Source of the DNA: Bacteriovorax stolpii
Lineage (GTDB): Bacteria; Bdellovibrionota; Bacteriovoracia; Bacteriovoracales; Bacteriovoracaceae
Length of the DNA: 64,000 nucleotides
Direction of reading: 5' to 3'
Assembly (NCBI GenBank): GCA_945905815.1
Contig: CAMDQH010000008.1
Span: 3,126-67,125, forward strand
Below, piece after piece: positions 37,474 through 46,501 of the stretch. The first letter of the stretch is position 1. Each line of letters begins with the position of its first letter. The notes beneath the pieces were generated by a model. That model worked only from the letters and a program-made list of their open reading frames with translations. It had not been told where the DNA came from and made no database searches. Made by a program: the position numbers and the translations under genes.

Positions 37474-38081
37474 GTTATGAAAAAGAGTTGATGGATAAAG
37501 TTCAAAAGGGTGAGATCCTTCCAGACAAATTAGATATCCCCATTTTGAAATATTTATGGGATGCAAGTCCACTTGGTTTCGGCGCAAAAGAGAATATACG
37601 TTCATTTTTTAAGAAAATTTCCATACTTAATTCTTTTAGTGATAATGAAATTCGCTTATTTACTAAATTTCTACATCGCCGAGAGTTTATTGCCAACGAA
37701 GTTATTTTTCGACAAGGCGATTCCGGCTATGGGTTTTATTTTATATATGACGGCTCAGTTAACATATATGCAAACCACTTAAATAATAATATTGAAGAGC
37801 GTGGTGATTTAATTATACGGCTTGATCGTCGACAGTACTTTGGAGAAATGGGATTACTTGAAGATTTTAATCGCCGCAGCGCTACAGTTATTGCTAATGA
37901 AAACACCGTTCTTTTAGGAATATTTAAGCCTGACCTCGAAAAAATGCTTGAGTTTTATCCAGTCCTTGGAGCTAAGTTTTTGCGAGAAACGGCTCTAATT
38001 ATGGCAAATAGGATGGGTCAACTTACCAGAGAAGTAATGTCGCTGAAGAAAAAGATTAAAGAATTAGAAAGTCGAGTTTAA
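37470..38081 (+). CDS. cyclic-nucleotide-binding domain protein
   Basis: 203 aa. The cNMP beta-roll has FGEMGLL...RSATVIA. ATGA start overlap with the upstream gene. Confidence 0.8.
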   Translation: MSYEKELMDKVQKGEILPDKLDIPILKYLWDASPLGFGAKENIRSFFKKISILNSFSDNEIRLFTKFLHRREFIANEVIFRQGDSGYGFYFIYDGSVNIYANHLNNNIEERGDLIIRLDRRQYFGEMGLLEDFNRRSATVIANENTVLLGIFKPDLEKMLEFYPVLGAKFLRETALIMANRMGQLTREVMSLKKKIKELESRV

Positions 38082-38083
38082 GT

Positions 38084-39112
38084 ATGCATCGTAATTTAAA
38101 AATAAAGCTCTTTCTGTTTTTCTTCCTATTGTTCGCAACAATTCTATTTGCTATTTTATTTCCGAGACTTACTCTGCCTTTTGGTTTTTCTTACATAGTA
38201 TATTTAATGTCGAAGCCACTAACTTCGCTACTAATGACGGGTTCTAAAAAACAGCGATTCTTTTTCTCAACGCTCTTAATACTTGGCGTGAGCTTATCTC
38301 TTTTGCCACTGTTTGCTGCCTTCTACAATATTGATACGGATTTTAGTGAGTTTTCAAGACAATTACCTGAGGTCCAAAAGAACTTGCAGGATAAGTATTT
38401 TGTTTTTAAAGTGTATATCTTTGAAAAGTTTGGTTATCGTTTGAATATTGATCCTGTAACTTTTATGGTTAAGAAACTTGAAAAAGGTGGAACACTCCTT
38501 TTGTCTCAAATACCCAATTACTTATCATCATTCTTTGAATGGATGCTTCTTGTTCCCATGTTTCTATACTTTTTATTTTTTCAAAGTGGAAAATTTGGCT
38601 CTAAGCTTGTTGCCGCTATTCCCAATTCAATATTTGAAAAAACATATGTGCTCTTCTCGCAATTCAATACTAAGTTTGGTGAATACATTATTGCGAAGTT
38701 TATTGAAGCCACTATTTTAGGAACCAGTGTAACAATTGGGTTGTGGGCGATAGGGTTTCCCTACCCATTCGTATTAGGGTTTATTGCTGGGTTAACAAAT
38801 ATATTGCCATATATAGGCCCTGTTTTAGGCTTCATTCCAGCATTAATAATCGCCCTTCTCACGCATGACCCTAAAACTTCGATGCTAGCAATGTGCCTAA
38901 TTTATCTAATCGCTAACCTGATTGATATGATTTTAGTCTTCCCGCTACTCGTTTCAAAAGTGGTTGATCTTAACCCTATTATTGTAGTCGTAAGTGTTAT
39001 CGTAGGCGGTCAAGTTGGTGGTGTGGTTGGAATGATTGTGATCATTCCATTTATTGCATTTTTCAAATTATTATTTCAAGAAATCTATAAAGATCTCTCG
39101 GTTCAGCTATGA
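38084..39112 (+). CDS. AI-2E family transporter (PerM/UPF0118)
   Basis: 342 aa, polytopic, with the conserved NILPYIGPVLGFIPA segment. Confidence 0.85.
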   Translation: MHRNLKIKLFLFFFLLFATILFAILFPRLTLPFGFSYIVYLMSKPLTSLLMTGSKKQRFFFSTLLILGVSLSLLPLFAAFYNIDTDFSEFSRQLPEVQKNLQDKYFVFKVYIFEKFGYRLNIDPVTFMVKKLEKGGTLLLSQIPNYLSSFFEWMLLVPMFLYFLFFQSGKFGSKLVAAIPNSIFEKTYVLFSQFNTKFGEYIIAKFIEATILGTSVTIGLWAIGFPYPFVLGFIAGLTNILPYIGPVLGFIPALIIALLTHDPKTSMLAMCLIYLIANLIDMILVFPLLVSKVVDLNPIIVVVSVIVGGQVGGVVGMIVIIPFIAFFKLLFQEIYKDLSVQL

Positions 39113-39855
39113 GGAATTTAATGAAATTTTTAGCTCTGTTGATTTTAGTTATTTCTTGCTCATCTGATAAACCCAAGGGAAGAACCGAGGCTGAAGTTCT
39201 TTTTAAAGAAGCCGAAGAATTAATTTCTGCAGAAAGATTTATCCTGGCGACGGAGAAACTTAATGCAATAAAAACCCAACATCCATACTCTTTTTACGCT
39301 ACACCTGCAGAACTTATGCAAGCGGATATTTTATACAAGCAGGAGAGCTTTGTAGAAGCTGCTGCTGCCTATTTATTATTTCGAGATTTTCACCCCAAGC
39401 ATGAAAAAATACCTTATGTGATTTTTAGAATTGCTGACTCTTTTTATAATCAGATTCCAGACACTATTGACCGCGATCTTGAACCAGCCCTTGAATCCAT
39501 TAAGTACTATGAAGAGGTTGTGGCGAAATATTCCGACTCCAGTTACAAGAAAAAGGCTGAAAAAAGAATTAGTGAAGCTAAAAAGATGTTAAGACAGAAA
39601 GACGAGTATATTGCCAATTTTTACTTTAAAACTGCCAGTTTTGCACCGGCCAGGTACTGGTATTTAGACATCCTAGAAAATCATCAGGACAAGTCCACAA
39701 GAAATCATGCAATGCTTAGAACGATCCTAGCGACTTTGGAGTTAAAAGAATGGCAGCCTTGTCTTGATTACATAGAAAAGTTTTACCAATTAGTTGATAA
39801 AGTGGCACAGTCCGAAATAAAATTAGCTAAAGATACATGCAAAAAAGAACTTTAA
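39109..39855 (+). CDS. bamD: outer membrane protein assembly factor BamD
   Basis: 248 aa. Lipobox LVISC and a YfiO-like TPR architecture (ADILYKQESFVEAAAAY, IANFYFKTASFAPARYWY). Confidence 0.8.
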   Translation: MRNLMKFLALLILVISCSSDKPKGRTEAEVLFKEAEELISAERFILATEKLNAIKTQHPYSFYATPAELMQADILYKQESFVEAAAAYLLFRDFHPKHEKIPYVIFRIADSFYNQIPDTIDRDLEPALESIKYYEEVVAKYSDSSYKKKAEKRISEAKKMLRQKDEYIANFYFKTASFAPARYWYLDILENHQDKSTRNHAMLRTILATLELKEWQPCLDYIEKFYQLVDKVAQSEIKLAKDTCKKEL

Positions 39856-39868
39856 CAGGGGTAAGCTT

Positions 39869-40603
39869 TTGGAGAACGTCAAAATGACTGATTTACTAAA
39901 AAAAGCAAAAGATTCATTTCAAAAGAATGACCTGAAAACGGCCGGTTTATTACTAAATGAAGTTATCGATCAGAATCCAAATTCAACAGAAGGATTTTTT
40001 TATTTAGCTAATGTCTTTCACGTGAAAGGAGAACTTGGGAAGGCCATAAAGGCTTTCAGCAGAGTTCTCGAACTTGATCCTAATCACACAGATGCTGCAA
40101 TCTCTCTTTCGGTAATTTATAACGATATCGGCAAATACGAAGAGGCAAAAGTAATTTTTGAAAAAGCCAATAACCAGATAAAAAACACTCAAGGCCAAGG
40201 ACTCTCAGATCCTCATTTAAATAAAAAGTTCTCATTGAGGCATTATGAATTGGCAGAGATGTATGCCTCATATGGTCGTTATGACGAAGCTCTTTTTGAA
40301 TACAATAAATCATCTACGTTGGATCCTGATAATCTCGAAATTCGAATTAAGATCTCTAAGAATTATTCTAAAAAAGGTTTCATTTCAAAAGCGTTGGAAG
40401 AGCTTAAGCGATTAAAAAATGAGCAGCCTGGTTATATGCCGGCCAGAATTGCAATTGGTCTACTATATTACGGAAATGGTAATATTATTGAAGCACAAGC
40501 TGAATGGCAAAATGTGTTAAGCCGTGAGCCAGGACATCCTGAGGCCACAATGTATGTTGGGCTATCTCGTGGTGCCACAGAAACAACTATTTCTTTGTCA
40601 TAA
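39869..40603 (+). CDS. TPR-repeat protein
   Basis: 244 aa with several TPR units (ANVFHVKGELGKAIKAFSRVLELDPNH and others). The start is TTG 39869 or ATG 39884. Confidence 0.7.
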   Translation: MENVKMTDLLKKAKDSFQKNDLKTAGLLLNEVIDQNPNSTEGFFYLANVFHVKGELGKAIKAFSRVLELDPNHTDAAISLSVIYNDIGKYEEAKVIFEKANNQIKNTQGQGLSDPHLNKKFSLRHYELAEMYASYGRYDEALFEYNKSSTLDPDNLEIRIKISKNYSKKGFISKALEELKRLKNEQPGYMPARIAIGLLYYGNGNIIEAQAEWQNVLSREPGHPEATMYVGLSRGATETTISLS

Positions 40604-40619
40604 TCTAAAATTTGTAGAT

Positions 40620-40651
40620 AAAAAAAAGCCCTCTTGCGAGGGCTTTTTTTA
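40620..40651. terminator. bidirectional rho-independent terminator
   Basis: A8, then AGCCCTC-TTGC-GAGGGCT, then T7, between convergent genes. Confidence 0.8.
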
Positions 40652-40670
40652 TTTAAGCTTTTATTTAATA

Positions 40671-41222
40671 CTATTGAGCTTCAAGAGTTCTTATAAGTGT
40701 TTTAACACCTTTTAAGTCACCAGATTCTACTACAATGCTTGGCTCATAAGATGAACGTTTACTGTCATCAGATGAAAAATTCATTATGTATGTTTTTAAT
40801 TCTTTGTACATTTCATGTTTTACAGAAAGCTTTGAATCTTGAAGAACAATTTGTTTTCCAATTTTCTTTGAAGAGTTAATAACAATTGGTGCTTTCAAGT
40901 TCGCAGACATTTCAGTAACCGTAGCAGGAATTGTTAAAATACTATAAAGCTTAGCTGTCTGAAGTGAATCAAGATCTAGTCCATTTAAATCAGCAGGTAG
41001 AAGTTTAGCAATATAGTCAGGCTTAAAGATTTTAGGCTCGATAATTGGGAAGGCAACTTTATCATCTTCTGTTGATTGGAGCCAAAGTATTAAAGTGCTA
41101 TCGCCCGGATCTACTACGAAGAATTTTTTGAGGTTTTCAAAACCAAAAAGCCCCTCAGCAAATGTGACGAGATCAGCAGGGCTAACTTCAAGTTCCCCAA
41201 ATCTGGTGGTTTTGACTTTCAC
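40671..41222 (-). CDS. fliW: flagellar assembly factor FliW (CsrA antagonist), with ~35 aa C-terminal tail
   Basis: 183 aa. GTG start with a GGAGGA SD. TTRFGELEV...ITFAEGLFGFENLKKFFVVD is typical of FliW. Confidence 0.85.
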   Translation of the reverse strand: MKVKTTRFGELEVSPADLVTFAEGLFGFENLKKFFVVDPGDSTLILWLQSTEDDKVAFPIIEPKIFKPDYIAKLLPADLNGLDLDSLQTAKLYSILTIPATVTEMSANLKAPIVINSSKKIGKQIVLQDSKLSVKHEMYKELKTYIMNFSSDDSKRSSYEPSIVVESGDLKGVKTLIRTLEAQ

Positions 41223-41233
41223 GGATATCCTCC

Positions 41234-41262
41234 AAAATAAAATGGTAAGGTATTCTTACCAT
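41234..41262 (-). terminator. terminator-like hairpin between csrA and fliW
   Basis: The minus strand reads ATGGTAAG-AATAC-CTTACCAT followed by TTTATTTT, ending just before the fliW SD. Confidence 0.35.
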
Positions 41263-41312
41263 AACACTTTGATGGTACCAGTCAAATGATTAAATGATCA
41301 AGGGGGGAGAAA

Positions 41313-41543
41313 TTATTTCTTCTTCAGTTCTTCGCCAAGGCGCGCAATATCACTCATGCTTGCTTGAACTGCTTCAGTGTTTTGATCCTGAATCGCTTGG
41401 TAAACTTCCTCGCGGTGGATCTTGGTTTCTTTTGGCGCTTTAATTCCTAGGCGAACTTGTTTGCCCTTGATTTGCACTACAACAATCTTGATATTATCAT
41501 CGATTGCTATGCTTTCGCCCAGCTTCCGTGTCAGAACTAGCAT
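41313..41543 (-). CDS. csrA: carbon storage regulator CsrA (flagellar, FliW-partnered type)
   Basis: 76 aa. [48 protein letters not shown]. Confidence 0.93.
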   Translation of the reverse strand: MLVLTRKLGESIAIDDNIKIVVVQIKGKQVRLGIKAPKETKIHREEVYQAIQDQNTEAVQASMSDIARLGEELKKK

Positions 41544-41673
41544 GTTGATCCTTGTCTATCGTGTCAAGAATTTTTGACTTCACTCAAAAAAGTTTCTGTT
41601 TCGATGGTTTACGCTAGTTTGATGGGATTAATCAAGAAAATTTAAGAAAAAAGTTAAGATTATGTAAGATTTA

Positions 41674-42672
41674 CTACCTAAGGAAGTCCATGAGACCAAC
41701 ATTCATCAAATTTGAACTAGCTTTATAGGTTGCCTTAAGGACGGCCTGCTCTTTTTGAAGATCTGTCATGAGTTCTGCAACGTCGGCGTCCTCGATCTTG
41801 CTCTTGTGCGCCTCGTTCAAAAGCTTGGTCTTTTCAATATTTAGCTCGGAGTTGGATATCGTATTAGTTAGGGCGCCAATCTGGGTTCGCATAGTGACCA
41901 TGCGTTCCGTGCTTCTGTCTAGACGTTCAAGGAGCCCTTGAATGATTTGAGGGTTATCCGTTAAAAGAGCGTTCTCTAGTGAGCGAAGTTCATCAAATAT
42001 ACTGACTGCAACGGTTTCCTGGGTATCAGGAGCAGTAGATGCAGGGGTTCGATGAAGACCTTCAGTGTTCACATCAAGTCCTGGAGGAGTGATGTCTAGA
42101 TCCTCTTTAGCGACTGGTCTTTTTTCTTTGGAGAAGAAAAGATCTTGCCCGTTAATGTTCATGGGAATGAAAACGTCTTTGTTTATTTCAATATTTATTT
42201 TATTTTGATCGCCGCTGTATTTTCCGTCTAGGTCAAAAGGACGAGTTAGAACTTTTTGTCCGGCAAATAAATAGCGGTTTCCAATTCTCTTATTGGCAAG
42301 GCCTAAAACTTGCTGTCGCATTTGATGAATTTCTTTTGAAACACCTTCACGCATTTGAGGACTATTAATCGAAGAAGCCTGGCCAATAGCAATCTCTTTG
42401 GCCTTAACTAAAATGTCAGTCATCTCTTCTAATATATTTTCAGTATATGAGAGGTGAGTGTGGGCAAAGTTTAAGTTACGAAGATATTGATCAGCATCGA
42501 CGTTTTGAGACCGAATCGCCATTAATTCAACGTTCCCTAAAGGATCATCGGAAGGCTTAGACACTCTTTTAAGCGTCGATCCTTTGAGTTGTAGGTCTTC
42601 AACTTTGCTCTTGGTTTTACCAACAGCATAGTTGATTGCATTGACCGATGAATTTTCAGAAACCCTACTCAT
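41674..42672 (-). CDS. flgL: flagellar hook-associated protein 3 (FlgL)
   Basis: 332 aa with flagellin-like N- and C-terminal helices (RVS...; ...LQKEQAVLKATYKASSNLMNVGLMDFLR). Located after flgK. Confidence 0.8.
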   Translation of the reverse strand: MSRVSENSSVNAINYAVGKTKSKVEDLQLKGSTLKRVSKPSDDPLGNVELMAIRSQNVDADQYLRNLNFAHTHLSYTENILEEMTDILVKAKEIAIGQASSINSPQMREGVSKEIHQMRQQVLGLANKRIGNRYLFAGQKVLTRPFDLDGKYSGDQNKINIEINKDVFIPMNINGQDLFFSKEKRPVAKEDLDITPPGLDVNTEGLHRTPASTAPDTQETVAVSIFDELRSLENALLTDNPQIIQGLLERLDRSTERMVTMRTQIGALTNTISNSELNIEKTKLLNEAHKSKIEDADVAELMTDLQKEQAVLKATYKASSNLMNVGLMDFLR

Positions 42673-42682
42673 ATTTCATGCC

Positions 42683-44149
42683 TTATGGGAGTAAACCCAA
42701 GACTGCTTTAAACATTTCATCAGATGCTTTAATAACCTTTGCTGAGGCTTCATACGCATTCTGGTAGCGAACCATGTTCGTTGCCTCTTCATCCAGTGAA
42801 ACCCCTGACAAACGTTCTTTAAAAGATTTTGCCTGAGCAAGAATTCCTGATGATTGCTCACCTTCAATTTTTGATTTACCTGCTTGTAAACCGATATTTC
42901 CAACTGATTTTAAGTATTGTTCTTCCATGCTAGTGGTACCACCACCAAGCACTTTCTCATGTTGTAGTTTAGATATTGCTAAAGCTACGCGGTTATCACC
43001 TGGCTTGTTGGCCTCTAATGCAGCCGCAATATTGTTAACGTCTTCCTTGATATCATCAGAAAGATCGATGTATTCAGCGGCACGTTTCAAATCAAGTGGT
43101 TCTTTAAAAAAGTTAATACCGGTTACTTTTTTCTGGGCAGCATTAGGAATTGGATTTCCTTGTGCATCAGTGGGAACTGGATGGTTGGCAAATCCACGTC
43201 TGTGAATCGAATTTGTAGCAAGAACTAGACCGTGGGCCAGCTCATCTAATTGCTTCTCAAGACTTTCAACTTCATCCGTGCGAGTTTTTAAAAGACCGCC
43301 AAGAGATCCGCCCTTTAATTTTTCAGAAAATGGAATACCTGGACGGTTAGCAAAGAATATTTCGGCATCACCTTTATCAACTGAAGATGAGCCCTCTTTT
43401 ATTGAGGTCCCGGACGCCAATTCTTGTGACAACCCGCCGGCAACGATTGATCCAACGCCTTCGACGCCAACAATAAACTGATTTTGGTTATCTGTGTAAA
43501 CTTGTATAGGGAAAAACTCTGCAAGAGTTCTTAGGCTGTTGTCACGTTGATCCCGTAGATCATTCGCCATACTACCGGATACTTCTTGAATATTAATTTC
43601 TTTATTTAGTCTGGCTATATTACCCGCTAGTTGATTAATTTCTTGAACAGAAAGATTAACTTTTTTGTTGATTCCAGCACGAACCTGATCAAGGCTTCCC
43701 TGAATACGGTGAAAGTCACCGACAACAATTTTAGCATTTTCTTTAACAACGGTTCTTACTGTTTCATTTTCTGGCTGGTTACTGAGTTCTCTCATTGAGT
43801 TGAAAAAGCGGTTTAAAACTTTGTTCATACCGTCTGAATTAATCTCATTAAAAATTTCTTCCACGTGTCCTAATTGGAGAGAACGTTCTTCGTTAAATTT
43901 GTGGCTAGTAATAGAATTATTTAGCTTTTTGTCTACCAGTTCATCATGAGCTCTGCGGATACTCTGAATTTCAACCCCGGAGCCAATTACGTAATCCCCT
44001 TCACCAAGGGAAAAACCGGTTTCAGATCTCACTTCTTGACGTGAGAAGCCCTCCGTATTCGCGTTGGCTATATTGTGCGAAGTAGTCGACATCGACTGTT
44101 TCGCTGTAAAGAGGCCTGATTTACCAATACTTAATAAGTCTGAGCCCAA
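42683..44149 (-). CDS. flgK: flagellar hook-associated protein 1 (FlgK)
   Basis: 488 aa. N-terminal SIGKSGL...HNIANANTEGFSRQ rod/hook motif and C-terminal LDEEATNMVRYQNAYEASAKVI. Confidence 0.88.
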   Translation of the reverse strand: MGSDLLSIGKSGLFTAKQSMSTTSHNIANANTEGFSRQEVRSETGFSLGEGDYVIGSGVEIQSIRRAHDELVDKKLNNSITSHKFNEERSLQLGHVEEIFNEINSDGMNKVLNRFFNSMRELSNQPENETVRTVVKENAKIVVGDFHRIQGSLDQVRAGINKKVNLSVQEINQLAGNIARLNKEINIQEVSGSMANDLRDQRDNSLRTLAEFFPIQVYTDNQNQFIVGVEGVGSIVAGGLSQELASGTSIKEGSSSVDKGDAEIFFANRPGIPFSEKLKGGSLGGLLKTRTDEVESLEKQLDELAHGLVLATNSIHRRGFANHPVPTDAQGNPIPNAAQKKVTGINFFKEPLDLKRAAEYIDLSDDIKEDVNNIAAALEANKPGDNRVALAISKLQHEKVLGGGTTSMEEQYLKSVGNIGLQAGKSKIEGEQSSGILAQAKSFKERLSGVSLDEEATNMVRYQNAYEASAKVIKASDEMFKAVLGLLP

Positions 44150-44167
44150 TCCTTGGTCCCTTGGCTT

Positions 44168-44671
44168 TTATCGCCCATTAGCGCGAGTCATTCCGTCCGC
44201 GCCATAAGTTGAATATGTTTTTTTGCCTGTGAAGCCTTGTTTGATTTCACGCAAAGAGAGCATTGCTCTATTTAAGAACATCTGATTCTTTTTGTTTTGT
44301 TCTTGGATCTTTTGAACAATATCAATTAAAAGAGCATTTAAATTTTTAAGTGCAGGCATTGCTGAACTTTGATCGATTTCAGAAAACACAATTAGAAGAT
44401 CAGAAGATTTAAAAATATTCTTAGTAAATATTTTACTCGTATTAATACTTTCGATTAAGTCTTTACGCTCATATTCAAGGGCGCTAATTTTCCTGATGAT
44501 TTCCTCTTTAAGAGGTAGAGCATCTTCAAGCTTGTCCACATCACTAGAGAGGAGAGTAAGGTACTCATCGCAAGTAAGATCATAAAGCTCTTTATGAAGA
44601 TGACAAAAACCTTCCCAGACGCTCACCACGCTATGGTAATAAAGTTTTTTCTCATCTAGACGTAAATCCAT
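44168..44671 (-). CDS. flgN: FlgN-like flagellar export chaperone
   Basis: 167 aa, helical. The position between flgM and flgK is the classical flgN slot. The sequence motif is weak. Confidence 0.55.
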   Translation of the reverse strand: MDLRLDEKKLYYHSVVSVWEGFCHLHKELYDLTCDEYLTLLSSDVDKLEDALPLKEEIIRKISALEYERKDLIESINTSKIFTKNIFKSSDLLIVFSEIDQSSAMPALKNLNALLIDIVQKIQEQNKKNQMFLNRAMLSLREIKQGFTGKKTYSTYGADGMTRANGR

Positions 44672-44683
44672 TTTTTAGACTCC

Positions 44684-45010
44684 TTAGTACTCTGAAGTAA
44701 GGATTTTGTCGGCAAGACCGTCATAATCAACTTCGTACGTACCAGCTGCAATTTGGGCTTTAAGACGAGCAATCTTTTCTGAGTTATCTTGCTCTGGTGC
44801 GTTCATTGCTGCTTTTTTAATTCTAGCAAAGTCCTTTACACCGTCTCCAATGTTTACTTTTGCATCGGCCCCAGTTCTATCCATTATCTCTGTTGTGCGT
44901 TCAGGAGAATTACCATTGGCCACATCAATTTGAGTTCCCACTTTGCCTGTTTCAGCTTGAGCAGAACGACTCTTAGGGAAAAAAGTTGAACGTGTATCAA
45001 TACTACTCAT
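44684..45010 (-). CDS. flgM: anti-sigma-28 factor FlgM
   Basis: 108 aa. C-terminal KIARLKAQIAAGTYEVDYDGLADKIL matches the FlgM sigma-28-binding helix pattern. Confidence 0.78.
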   Translation of the reverse strand: MSSIDTRSTFFPKSRSAQAETGKVGTQIDVANGNSPERTTEIMDRTGADAKVNIGDGVKDFARIKKAAMNAPEQDNSEKIARLKAQIAAGTYEVDYDGLADKILTSEY

Positions 45011-45362
45011 TTGTATTCTCCTTCATGGATACTTTAGTCATTCCTTGACTAGGCACCGTGACTTGCGCGTTTTTTAAATAATGCTTCATATGTTCTGGCA
45101 CAATCTGATCGAGAATGACTTTTTTCACTCCCAAACCGCTATCTGATTTTGCCATAAGTTGTGCTCTTTCGTAATCAAGCAAAGAATTATAATACTCCAT
45201 TGGAGATGAATCCGGCGTCTCTTTTGGAATCGCTTTTCTCATTTCAGCTAACATGTGGGATGTAAAATTCGCTTCCATACCCTCAGCAATTTCTTCAAAT
45301 GGCTTGATGGGACTTGTTGGCTTTTGAGCGGGTAGAGTTTTGAAATCTGAAGTGACTTTCAC
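45003..45362 (-). CDS. flgJ: flagellar rod-binding protein (FlgJ N-terminal domain only, no muramidase domain)
   Basis: 119 aa. GTG start with an AGGA SD. FTSHMLAEMRKA...YYNSLLDYERAQLMAKSDSGLGV matches the rod-binding domain pattern. Confidence 0.65.
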   Translation of the reverse strand: MKVTSDFKTLPAQKPTSPIKPFEEIAEGMEANFTSHMLAEMRKAIPKETPDSSPMEYYNSLLDYERAQLMAKSDSGLGVKKVILDQIVPEHMKHYLKNAQVTVPSQGMTKVSMKENTNE

Positions 45363-45369
45363 TCGGAAC

Positions 45370-45398
45370 CATCCTGGTTTTTTAACCCCATCATCCTG
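45370..45398 (-). promoter_or_regulatory. two CAGGATG motifs 22 nt apart (candidate CsrA binding sites); the proximal one is the SD of the first operon gene
   Basis: On the plus strand, catcctg occurs at 45370-45376 and 45392-45398. On the mRNA these read CAGGAUG, sharing the RGGAUG core of the CsrA consensus. Confidence 0.35.
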
Positions 45399-45430
45399 AT
45401 GAGATTCTATCTAAAAGTGTAGCATTTTTT

Positions 45431-45458
45431 GGGGTCGGAGTGTTAGGTTAAAACTTAA
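45431..45458 (-). promoter_or_regulatory. sigma-28 (FliA)-like promoter: TTAAGTTT-11 nt-TCCGACCC
   Basis: Compared with the TAAAGTTT-N11-GCCGATAA consensus, the -35 matches 7 of 8 and the CCGA core of the -10 is present. It sits between the flgI terminator and the flgJ'-flgM operon. Confidence 0.4.
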
Positions 45459-45461
45459 CAG

Positions 45462-45494
45462 GGAAAAATTGGCCGGGTGTCTTTTTGACACCCG
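45462..45494 (-). terminator. rho-independent terminator after flgI
   Basis: The minus strand reads CGGGTGTC-AAAAA-GACACCCG, followed by GCCAATTTTT. Confidence 0.6.
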
Positions 45495-45502
45495 CATAAA
45501 GA

Positions 45503-46501
45503 CTAGATAAGTTCGATTTCAGCAAGTAGGGAACCGTTGGCTTTTAGGGCCTGGAATATAGATATGAGATCTTCTGGAGTCGTACCTAAAGCATTCAAAG
45601 CTTTCACTAAGTCATTAATAGTAGCCGTTTGTTCCATTGCCTGAATGACTCTTTTACCAGAGTTTTCATCTCCACCTTTAACTTCTAAGACCATGTCACG
45701 ATGGCTAACTGCTGATTTTTTTAAAACAATATCACCGCCCGCAACTAGAGTTCCAGTGCGTTCATTAATAACGATCTTAGCGAAAGTGTCGGAAATGACT
45801 TTATAGTTTTCAATGTTAGCAATTAACTCAACTACTTTACGTTCGTAATAAGTTGGAATGATCACATCAATGGTTGTCGCATCAGCAGCTGTCGCGTATT
45901 TCCCACCGAGTTCTTGATTGATTGTTTTTTCTATTCTGGCGGCTGTTGTGAAGTCAGGATTGTTTAACGCCATACGAACAGCTTTTTTATCATTGAATGA
46001 CATTTCAACTTCTCTCTCAATGATTCCGCCGTCAGGAATACGACCGGTTGTTGCAAGTTTTTTCCCTTTATCTAGACCACCGATAGAAAGAGCTCCATTA
46101 GCCACAGCATAAATCTGTCCATCACCACCCTTGAGAGGTGTTACAAGAAGAGTTCCACCTGCTAGAGATGTTGCATCGCCGATCGAGGAAATGGTTACGT
46201 CTAACTTCTGTCCAACTCTTCCGAAAGCAGGAAGTTTCGCCGTTACGATTACAGCTGCGACGTTTTTAGAAGTTACTTCTTTTTGGGGATTTAGACCTAG
46301 AGTCTGAAACATTTTTTTAAGCGAGGTGTTTGTAATTTCGCCGCCGCCATCGCCTGATCCATTAAGACCTATGACAAGTCCATAACCAACCAGAGGATTC
46401 TCTCTTACACCCTTAATAGTTACCAGGTCCTTAAGACGGCTGGAAGCGCCCATTACTGGTAGAGTAAGAGCGCAAAGAATAATTGAGAGAAATCTTTTCA
46501 T
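45503..46501 (-). CDS. flgI: flagellar P-ring protein FlgI
   Basis: 332 aa. RLKDLVTIKGVRENPLVGYGLVIGLNGSGD is diagnostic. Confidence 0.92.
   Translation of the reverse strand: MKRFLSIILCALTLPVMGASSRLKDLVTIKGVRENPLVGYGLVIGLNGSGDGGGEITNTSLKKMFQTLGLNPQKEVTSKNVAAVIVTAKLPAFGRVGQKLDVTISSIGDATSLAGGTLLVTPLKGGDGQIYAVANGALSIGGLDKGKKLATTGRIPDGGIIEREVEMSFNDKKAVRMALNNPDFTTAARIEKTINQELGGKYATAADATTIDVIIPTYYERKVVELIANIENYKVISDTFAKIVINERTGTLVAGGDIVLKKSAVSHRDMVLEVKGGDENSGKRVIQAMEQTATINDLVKALNALGTTPEDLISIFQALKANGSLLAEIELI

Noticed and set aside
42927-43481. Two plus-strand ORFs (92 and 67 aa)
   Set aside because: They are antisense to flgK, with no SD and low-complexity S/P-rich products.
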